From positions 21,886,001 to 21,950,000 of the forward strand of contig OZ059900.1 of assembly GCA_964057225.1 (NCBI GenBank): a stretch of 64,000 nucleotides of DNA, given 5' to 3'. Position 1 is the first letter of the stretch. Each line of letters begins with the position of its first letter. The notes beneath the pieces are model-generated. The model saw only the letters and a list, made by a program, of their open reading frames with translations. It had not been told where the DNA came from and did no database searches. Positions 53,901 to 64,000 of this stretch are shown here, piece after piece. Source of the stretch: Auanema rhodensis. Lineage: Eukaryota; Animalia; Nematoda. Position numbers and translations under genes: made by a program.

Positions 53901-56479
53901 TGGTTTTCCAGCATAATAAAATATTTCTCATGGGAAATACTGTGTTTTTGTATTTTTCTAGTGTTCAGCATGTAAAATGCTTCATATTAGTATGTAACAC
54001 GCTGAAATTCGTTGCATTTGACGACTCATATGAACAAAAATCGATTTAATCAATATTAGCCATAAGGGGCGTGCCCTCAGAATATGCTAATTTCCTTAAT
54101 TTTCTAACCCCTGTTTTTTTGTCGTGAAAGTGGAACTAGACGTTGTACGAACAATTTTGAGCTAGGTTTCATTGACATTGCATGAGTTTGAACACATGAA
54201 ATCGTAAGTCAAAACCTTGTTTACAGCGAAATTTCCAAAAACTGGTTTTCCAGCATAATAAAATATTTCTCATGGGAAATACTGTGTTTTTGTTTTTTTC
54301 TAGTGTTCAGCATGTAAAATGCTTCATTTTAGTATGTAACACGCTGAAATTCGTTGCATTTGACGACTCATATGAACAAAAATCGATTTAATCAATATTA
54401 GCCATAAGGGGCGTGCCCTCAGAATATGCTAATTTCCTTAATTTTCTAACCTCTGTTTTTTTGTCGTGAAAGTGGAACTAAACGTTGTACGAACAATTTT
54501 GAGCTAGGTTTCATTGACATTGCATGAGTTTGAACACATGAAATCGTAAGTCAAAACCTTGTTTACAGCGAAATTTCCAAAAACTGGTTTTCCAGCATAA
54601 TAAAATATTTCTCATGGGAAATACTGTGTTTTTGTATTTTTCTAGTGTTCAGCATGTAAAATGCTTCATATTAGTATGTAACACGCTGAAATTCGTTGCA
54701 TTTGACGACTCATATGAACAAAAATCGATTTAATCAATATTAGCCATAAGGGGCGTGCCCTCAGAATATGCTAATTTCCTTAATTTTCTAACCCCTGTTT
54801 TTTTGTCGTGAAAGTGGAACTAGACGTTGTACGAACAATTTTGAGCTAAGTTTCATTGACATTGCATGAGTTTGAACACATGAAATCGTAAGTCAAAACC
54901 TTGTTTACAGCGAAATTTCCAAAAACTGGTTTTCCAGCATAATAAAATATTTCTCATGGGAAATACTGTGTTTTTGTATTTTTCTAGTGTTCAGCATGTA
55001 AAATGATTCATTTTAGTATGTAACACGCTGAAATTCGTTGCATTTGACGACTCATATGAACAAAAATCGATTTAATCAATATTAGCCATAAGGGGCGTGC
55101 CCTCAGAATATGCTAATTTCCTTAATTTTCTAACCCCTGTTTTTTTGTCGTGAAAGTGGAACTAGACGTTGTACGAACAATTTTGAGCTAGGTTTCATTG
55201 ACATTGCATGAGTTTGAACACATGAAATCGTAAGTCAAAGCCTTGTTTACAGCGAAATTTCCAAAAACTGGTTTTCCAGCATAATAAAATATTTCTCATG
55301 GGAAATACTGTGTTTTTGTATTTTTCTAGTGTTCAGCATGTAAAATCCTTCATTTTAGTATGTAACACGCTGAAATTCGTTGCATTTGACAACTCATATG
55401 AACAAAAATCGATTTAATCAATATTAGCCATAATAAAATATTTCTCATGGGAAATACTGTGTTTTTGTATTTTTCTAGTGTTCAGCATGTAAAATGATTC
55501 ATTTTAGTATGTAACACGCTGAAATTCGTTGCATTTGACGACTCATATGAACAAAAATCGATTTAATCAATATTAGCCATAAGGGGCGTGCCCTCAGAAT
55601 ATGCTAATTTCCTTAATTTTCTAACCCCTGTTTTTTTGTCGTGAAAGTGGAACTAGACGTTGTACGAACAATTTTGAGCTAGGTTTCATTGACATTGCAT
55701 GAGTTTGAACACATGAAATCGTAAGTCAAAACCTTGTTTACAGCGAAATTTCCAAAAACTGGTTTTCCAGCATAATAAAATATTTCTCATGGGAAATACT
55801 GTGTTTTTGTATTTTTCTAGTGTTCAGCATGTAAAATGCTTCATTTTAGTATGTAACACGCTAAAGTTCGTTGCATTTGACGACTCATATGAACAAAAAT
55901 CGATTTAATCAATATTAGCCATAAGGGGCGTGCCCTCAGAATATGCTAATTTCCTTAATTTTCTAACCCCTGTTTTTTTGTCGTGAAAGTGGAACTAGAC
56001 GTTGTACGAACAATTTTGAGCTAGGTTTCATTGACATTGCATGAGTTTGAACACATGAAATCGTAAGTCAAAGCCTTGTTTACAGCGAAATTTCCAAAAA
56101 CTGGTTTTCCAGCATAATAAAATATTTCTCATGGGAAATACTGTGTTTTTGTATTTTTCTAGTGTTCAGCATGTAAAATCCTTCATTTTAGTATGTAACA
56201 CGCTGAAATTCGTTGCATTTGACAACTCATATGAACAAAAATCGATTTAATCAATATTAGCCATAATAAAATATTTCTCATGGGAAATACTGTGTTTTTG
56301 TATTTTTCTAGTGTTCAGCATGTAAAATGATTCATTTTAGTATGTAACACGCTGAAATTCGTTGCATTTGACGACTCATATGAACAAAAATCGATTTAAT
56401 CAATATTAGCCATAAGGGGCGTGCCCTCAGAATATGCTAATTTCCTTAATTTTCTAACCCCTGTTTTTTTGTCGTGAAA
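41994..56479 (+). repeat. Higher-order repeat, 2 x 7243 bp (19 units: 14x342 + 5x491); a third copy starts at 62994 and is cut by the window end
   Basis: Rare markers recur 7243 bp apart: GAGCAAGG (units 42678/49921), CATTTCAGT (42336/49579), GAACTAAG with GACGAATC (46203/53446) and AAATTATTC (44344/51587). The first two markers recur at 63678 and 63336. Confidence 0.93.
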
Positions 56480-57504
56480 GTGGAACTAGACGTTGTACGA
56501 ACAATTTTGAGCTAGGTTTCATTGACATTGCATGAGTTTGAACACATGAAATCGTAAGTCAAAACCTTGTTTACAGCGAAATTTCCAAAAACTGGTTTTC
56601 CAGCATAATAAAATATTTCTCATGGGAAATACTGTGTTTTTGTATTTTTCTAGTGTTCAGCATGTAAAATGCTTCATTTTAGTATGTAACACGCTAAAGT
56701 TCGTTGCATTTGACGACTCATATGAACAAAAATCGATTTAATCAATATTAGCCATAAGGGGCGTGCCCTCAGAATATGCTAATTTCCTTAACTTTCTAAC
56801 CCCTGTTTTTTGTCGTGAAAGTGGAACTAGACGTTGTACGAACAATTTTGAGCTAAGTTTCATTGACATTGCATGAGTTTGAACACATGAAATCGTAAGT
56901 CAAAACCTTGTTTACAGCGAAATTTCCAAAAACTGGTTTTCCAGCATAATAAAACATTTCTCATGGGAAATACTGTGTTTTTGTTTTTTTCTAGTGTTCA
57001 GCATGTAAAATGCTTCATTTTAGTATGTAACACGCTGAAATTCGTTGCATTTGACGACTCATATGAACAAAAATCGATTTAATCAATATTAGCCATAAGG
57101 GGCGTGCCCTCAGAATATGCTAATTTCCTTAATTTTCTAACCCCTGTTTTTTTGTCGTGAAAGTGGAACTAGATGTTGTACGAACAATTTTGAGCTAGGT
57201 TTCATTGACATTGCATGAGTTTGAACACATGAAATCGTAAGTCAAAACCTTGTTTACAGCGAAATTTCCAAAAACTGGTTTTCCAGCATAATAAAATATT
57301 TCTCATGGGAAATACTGTGTTTTTGTATTTTTCTAGTGTTCAGCATGTAAAATGCTTCATTTTAGTATGTAACACGCTGAAATTCGTTGCATTTGACGAC
57401 TCATATGAACAAAAATCGATTTAATCAATATTAGCCATAAGGGGCGTGCCCTCAGAATATGCTAATTTCCTTAATTTTCTAACCCCTGTTTTTTTGTCGT
57501 GAAA

Positions 57505-59468
57505 GTGAAACTAGACGTTGTACGAACAATTTTGAGCTAGGTTTCATTGACATTGCATGAGTTTGAACACATGAAATCGTAAGTCAAAGCCTTGTTTACA
57601 GCGAAATTTCCAAAAACTGGTTTTCCAGCATAATAAAATATTTCTCATGGGAAATACTGTGTTTTTGTATTTTTCTAGTGTTCAGCATGTAAAATCCTTC
57701 ATTTTAGTATGTAACACGCTGAAATTCGTTGCATTTGACAACTCATATGAACAAAAATCGATTTAATCAATATTAGCCATAATAAAATATTTCTCATGGG
57801 AAATACTGTGTTTTTGTATTTTTCTAGTGTTCAGCATGTAAAATGATTCATTTTAGTATGTAACACGCTGAAATTCGTTGCATTTGACGACTCATATGAA
57901 CAAAAATCGATTTAATCAATATTAGCCATAAGGGGCGTGCCCTCAGAATATGCTAATTTCCTTAATTTTCTAACCCCTGTTTTTTTGTCGTGAAAGTGGA
58001 ACTAGACGTTGTACGAACAATTTTGAGCTAGGTTTCATTGACATTGCATGAGTTTGAACACATGAAATCGTAAGTCAAAGCCTTGTTTACAGCGAAATTT
58101 CCAAAAACTGGTTTTCCAGCATAATAAAATATTTCTCATGGGAAATACTGTGTTTTTGTATTTTTCTAGTGTTCAGCATGTAAAATCCTTCATTTTAGTA
58201 TGTAACACGCTGAAATTCGTTGCATTTGACAACTCATATGAACAAAAATCGATTTAATCAATATTAGCCATAATAAAATATTTCTCATGGGAAATACTGT
58301 GTTTTTGTATTTTTCTAGTGTTCAGCATGTAAAATGATTCATTTTAGTATGTAACACGCTGAAATTCGTTGCATTTGACGACTCATATGAACAAAAATCG
58401 ATTTAATCAATATTAGCCATAAGGGGCGTGCCCTCAGAATATGCTAATTTCCTTAATTTTCTAACCCCTGTTTTTTTGTCGTGAAAGTGGAACTAGACGT
58501 TGTACGAACAATTTTGAGCTAGGTTTCATTGACATTGCATGAGTTTGAACACATGAAATCGTAAGTCAAAGCCTTGTTTACAGCGAAATTTCCAAAAACT
58601 GGTTTTCCAGCATAATAAAATATTTCTCATGGGAAATACTGTGTTTTTGTATTTTTCTAGTGTTCAGCATGTAAAATCCTTCATTTTAGTATGTAACACG
58701 CTGAAATTCGTTGCATTTGACAACTCATATGAACAAAAATCGATTTAATCAATATTAGCCATAATAAAATATTTCTCATGGGAAATACTGTGTTTTTGTA
58801 TTTTTCTAGTGTTCAGCATGTAAAATGATTCATTTTAGTATGTAACACGCTGAAATTCGTTGCATTTGACGACTCATATGAACAAAAATCGATTTAATCA
58901 ATATTAGCCATAAGGGGCGTGCCCTCAGAATATGCTAATTTCCTTAATTTTCTAACCCCTGTTTTTTTGTCGTGAAAGTGGAACTAGACGTTGTACGAAC
59001 AATTTTGAGCTAGGTTTCATTGACATTGCATGAGTTTGAACACATGAAATCGTAAGTCAAAGCCTTGTTTACAGCGAAATTTCCAAAAACTGGTTTTCCA
59101 GCATAATAAAATATTTCTCATGGGAAATACTGTGTTTTTGTATTTTTCTAGTGTTCAGCATGTAAAATCCTTCATTTTAGTATGTAACACGCTGAAATTC
59201 GTTGCATTTGACAACTCATATGAACAAAAATCGATTTAATCAATATTAGCCATAATAAAATATTTCTCATGGGAAATACTGTGTTTTTGTATTTTTCTAG
59301 TGTTCAGCATGTAAAATGATTCATTTTAGTATGTAACACGCTGAAATTCGTTGCATTTGACGACTCATATGAACAAAAATCGATTTAATCAATATTAGCC
59401 ATAAGGGGCGTGCCCTCAGAATATGCTAATTTCCTTAATTTTCTAACCCCTGTTTTTTTGTCGTGAAA
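57505..59468 (+). repeat. Second run of four consecutive 491-bp units
   Basis: Unit starts at 57505, 57996, 58487 and 58978; the next unit starts at 59469. Confidence 0.93.
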
Positions 59469-62400
59469 GTGGAACTAGACGTTGTACGAACAATTTTGAG
59501 CTAGGTTTCATTGACATTGCATGAGTTTGAACACATGAAATCGTAAGTCAAAACCTTGTTTACAGCGAAATTTCCAAAAACTGGTTTTCCAGCATAATAA
59601 AATATTTCTCATGGGAAATACTGTGTTTTTGTATTTTTCTAGTGTTCAGCATGTAAAATGCTTCATTTTAGTATGTAACACGCTGAAATTCGTTGCATTT
59701 GACGACTCATATGAACAAAAATCGATTTAATCAATATTAGCCATAAGGGGCGTGCCCTCAGAATATGCTAATTTCCTTAATTTTCTAACCCCTGTTTTTT
59801 TGTCGTGAAAGTGGAACTAGACGTTGTACGAACAATTTTGAGCTAGGTTTCATTGACATTGCATGAGTTTGAACACATGAAATCGTAAGTCAAAGCCTTG
59901 TTTACAGCGAAATTTCCAAAAACTGGTTTTCCAGCATAATAAAATATTTCTCATGGGAAATACTGTGTTTTTGTATTTTTCTAGTGTTCAGCATGTAAAA
60001 TCCTTCATTTTAGTATGTAACACGCTGAAATTCGTTGCATTTGACAACTCATATGAACAAAAATCGATTTAATCAATATTAGCCATAATAAAATATTTCT
60101 CATGGGAAATACTGTGTTTTTGTATTTTTCTAGTGTTCAGCATGTAAAATGATTCATTTTAGTATGTAACACGCTGAAATTCGTTGCATTTGACGACTCA
60201 TATGAACAAAAATCGATTTAATCAATATTAGCCATAAGGGGCGTGCCCTCAGAATATGCTAATTTCCTTAATTTTCTAACCCCTGTTTTTTTGTCGTGAA
60301 AGTGGAACTAGACGTTGTACGAACAATTTTGAGCTAGGTTTCATTGACATTGCATGAGTTTGAACACATGAAATCGTAAGTCAAAACCTTGTTTACAGCG
60401 AAATTTCCAAAAACTGGTTTTCCAGCATAATAAAATATTTCTCATGGGAAATACTGTGTTTTTGTATTTTTCTAGTGTTCAGCATGTAAAATGCTTCATT
60501 TTAGTATGTAACACGCTGAAATTCGTTGCATTTGACGACTCATATGAACAAAAATCGATTTAATCAATATTAGCCATAAGGGGCGTGCCCTCAGAATATG
60601 CTAATTTCCTTAATTTTCTAACCCCTGTTTTTTTGTCGTGAAAGTGGAACTAGACGTTGTACGAACAATTTTGAGCTAGGTTTCATTGACATTGCATGAG
60701 TTTGAACACATGAAATCGTAAGTCAAAACCTTGTTTACAGCGAAATTTCCAAAAACTGGTTTTCCAGCATAATAAAATATTTCTCATGGGAAATACTGTG
60801 TTTTTGTATTTTTCTAGTGTTCAGCATGTAAAATGCTTCATTTTAGTATGTAACACGCTAAAATTCGTTGCATTTGACGACTCATATGAACAAAAATCGA
60901 TTTAATCAATATTAGCCATAAGTGGCGTGCCCTCAGAATATGCTAATTTCCTTAATTTTCTAACCCCTGTTTTTTTGTCGTGAAAGTGGAACTAGACGTT
61001 GTACGAACAATTTTGAGCTAGGTTTCATTGACATTGCATGAGTTTGAACACATGAAATCGTAAGTCAAAGCCTTGTTTACAGCGAAATTTCCAAAAACTG
61101 GTTTTCCAGCATAATAAAATATTTCTCATGGGAAATACTGTGTTTTTGTATTTTTCTAGTGTTCAGCATGTAAAATCCTTCATTTTAGTATGTAACACGC
61201 TGAAATTCGTTGCATTTGACAACTCATATGAACAAAAATCGATTTAATCAATATTAGCCATAATAAAATATTTCTCATGGGAAATACTGTGTTTTTGTAT
61301 TTTTCTAGTGTTCAGCATGTAAAATGATTCATTTTAGTATGTAACACGCTGAAATTCGTTGCATTTGACGACTCATATGAACAAAAATCGATTTAATCAA
61401 TATTAGCCATAAGGGGCGTGCCCTCAGAATATGCTAATTTCCTTAATTTTCTAACCCCTGTTTTTTTGTCGTGAAAGTGGAACTAGACGTTGTACGAACA
61501 ATTTTGAGCTAGGTTTCATTGACATTGCATGAGTTTGAACACATGAAATCGTAAGTCAAAACCTTGTTTACAGCGAAATTTCCAAAAACTGGTTTTCCAG
61601 CATAATAAAATATTTCTCATGGGAAATACTGTGTTTTTGTATTTTTCTAGTGTTCAGCATGTAAAATGCTTCATTTTAGTATGTAACACGCTGAAATTCG
61701 TTGCATTTGACGACTCATATGAACAAAAATCGATTTAATCAATATTAGCCATAAGGGGCGTGCCCTCAGAATATGCTAATTTCCTTAATTTTCTAACCCC
61801 TGTTTTTTTGTCGTGAAAGTGGAACTAGACGTTGTACGAACAATTTTGAGCTAGGTTTCATTGACATTGCATGAGTTTGAACACATGAAATCGTAAGTCA
61901 AAGCCTTGTTTACAGCGAAATTTCCAAAAACTGGTTTTCCAGCATAATAAAATATTTCTCATGGGAAATACTGTGTTTTTGTATTTTTCTAGTGTTCAGC
62001 ATGTAAAATCCTTCATTTTAGTATGTAACACGCTGAAATTCGTTGCATTTGACAACTCATATGAACAAAAATCGATTTAATCAATATTAGCCATAATAAA
62101 ATATTTCTCATGGGAAATACTGTGTTTTTGTATTTTTCTAGTGTTCAGCATGTAAAATGATTCATTTTAGTATGTAACACGCTGAAATTCGTTGCATTTG
62201 ACGACTCATATGAACAAAAATCGATTTAATCAATATTAGCCATAAGGGGCGTGCCCTCAGAATATGCTAATTTCCTTAATTTTCTAACCCCTGTTTTTTT
62301 GTCGTGAAAGTGGAACTAGACGTTGTACGAACAATTTTGAGCTAGGTTTCATTGACATTGCATGAGTTTGAACACATGAAATCGTAAGTCAAAACCTTGT

Positions 62401-62993
62401 TTACAGCGAAATTTCCAAAAACTGGTTTTCCAGCATAATAAAATATTTCTCATGGGAAATACTGTGTTTTTGTATTTTTCTAGTGTTCAGCATGTAAAAT
62501 GCTTCATTTTAGTATGTAACACGCTGAAATTCGTTGCATTTGACGACTCATATGAACAAAAATCGATTTAATCAATATTAGCCATAAGGGGCGTGCCCTC
62601 AGAATATGCTAATTTCCTTAATTTTCTAACCCCTGTTTTTTTGTCGTGAAAGTGGAACTAGACGTTGTACGAACAATTTTGAGCTAGGTTTCATTGACAT
62701 TGCATGAGTTTGAACACATGAAATCGTAAGTCAAAACCTTGTTTACAGCGAAATTTCCAAAAACTGGTTTTCCAGCATAATAAAATATTTCTCATGGGAA
62801 ATACTGTGTTTTTGTATTTTTCTAGTGTTCAGCATGTAAAATGCTTCATTTTAGTATGTAACACGCTAAAATTCGTTGCATTTGACGACTCATATGAACA
62901 AAAATCGATTTAATCAATATTAGCCATAAGTGGCGTGCCCTCAGAATATGCTAATTTCCTTAATTTTCTAACCCCTGTTTTTTTGTCGTGAAA
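58978..62993 (+). repeat. Local tandem duplication, 2 x 2008 bp (2x491 + 3x342)
   Basis: The AAGTGGCG/GCTAAAATT monomer occurs at 60644 and 62652. The pattern 491-342-491-342-342 starts at both 58978 and 60986. Confidence 0.88.
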
Positions 62994-64000
62994 GTGGAAC
63001 TAGACGTTGTACGAACAATTTTGAGCTAGGTTTCATTGACATTGCATGAGTTTGAACACATGAAATCGTAAGTCAAAACCTTGTTTACAGCGAAATTTCC
63101 AAAAACTGGTTTTCCAGCATAATAAAATATTTCTCATGGGAAATACTGTGTTTTTGTATTTTTCTAGTGTTCAGCATGTAAAATGCTTCATTTTAGTATG
63201 TAACACGCTAAAATTCGTTGCATTTGACGACTCATATGAACAAAAATCGATTTAATCAATATTAGCCATAAGGGGCGTGCCCTCAGAATATGCTAATTTC
63301 CTTAATTTTCTAACCCCTGTTTTTTTGTCGTGAAAGTGGAACTAGACGTTGTACGAACAATTTTGAGCTAGGTTTCATTGACATTGCATGAGTTTGAACA
63401 CATGAAATCGTAAGTCAAAACCTTGTTTACAGCGAAATTTCCAAAAACTGGTTTTCCAGCATAATAAAATATTTCTCATGGGAAATACTGTGTTTTTGTA
63501 TTTTTTTAGTGTTCAGCATGTAAAATGCTTCATTTCAGTATGTAACACGCTGAAATTCGTTGCATTTGACGACTCATATGAACAAAAATCGATTTAATCA
63601 ATATTAGCCATAAGGGGCGTGCCCTCAGAATATGCTAATTTCCTTAATTTTCTAACCCCTGTTTTTTTGTCGTGAAAGTGGAACTAGACGTTGTACGAAC
63701 AATTTTGAGCAAGGTTTCATTGACATTGCATGAGTTTGAACACATGAAATCGTAAGTCAAAACCTTGTTTACAGCGAAATTTCCAAAAACTGGTTTTCCA
63801 GCATAATAAAATATTTCTCATGGGAAATACTGTGTTTTTGTATTTTTCTAGTGTTCAGCATGTAAAATGCTTCATTTTAGTATGTAACACGCTGAAATTC
63901 GTTGCATTTGACGACTCATATGAACAAAAATCGATTTAATCAATATTAGACATAAGGGGCGTGCCCTCAGAATATGCTAATTTCCTTAATTTTCTAACCC

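Larger units (their letters stand above)
36164..60985 (+). repeat. Large-scale duplication, period 18992 bp (36164-41993 repeated at 55156-60985)
   Basis: The 341-bp TAACTTTC monomer (37488/56480), AAACATTTC monomer (37829/56821), AGATGTTG monomer (38171/57163), 4x491 run (38513/57505) and AAGTGGCG monomer (41652/60644) are all 18992 bp apart. Confidence 0.9.
16334..64000 (+). repeat. Same satellite, right contig: mixture of 342-, 341-, 491- and 487-bp units
   Basis: 16468 to 63677 is 47210 bp = 122x342 + 31x149 + 6x145 - 3. This matches 31 duplication units, 6 inversion units and 3 single-T deletions. Confidence 0.97.

Noticed and set aside
42678-63678. Exactly 21000-bp spacing between GAGCAAGG-marked monomers, suggesting an artificial construct
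   Set aside because: It is fully explained as 18992 + 2008 from the unit arithmetic, so the round number is a coincidence.
1-64000. CRISPR array or other prokaryotic repeat system
   Set aside because: There are no unique spacers, no cas or other genes, and the units are contiguous 342-bp near-identical copies.

Overview
The whole 64 kb window is one AT-rich satellite DNA array (about 34% GC, 116 G+C in 342 bp by hand count). It holds about 170 head-to-tail units of a 342-bp monomer, most within 0-3 substitutions of consensus, and is interrupted only by a 200-N scaffold gap at 16134-16333. I find no credible genes, RNA genes, transposons or CRISPR arrays; it looks like eukaryotic (peri)centromeric or heterochromatic satDNA. 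Left of the gap all 47 complete units are exactly 342 bp. Right of the gap two structural derivatives have been amplified. The first is a 491-bp unit with a 149-bp internal tandem duplication joined at a CATAA microhomology (31 copies, up to 4 in a row). The second is a 487-bp unit with a 244-bp inverted satellite segment plus a short templated insertion (6 copies, identical junctions). These units and SNP-marked monomers form nested higher-order repeats (HORs) of about 1.7, 2.0, 2.5, 5.1, 7.2 and 19 kb. Monomer positions are numbered from GTGGAACTAG = 1, and all counts were made by eye and arithmetic, not software.
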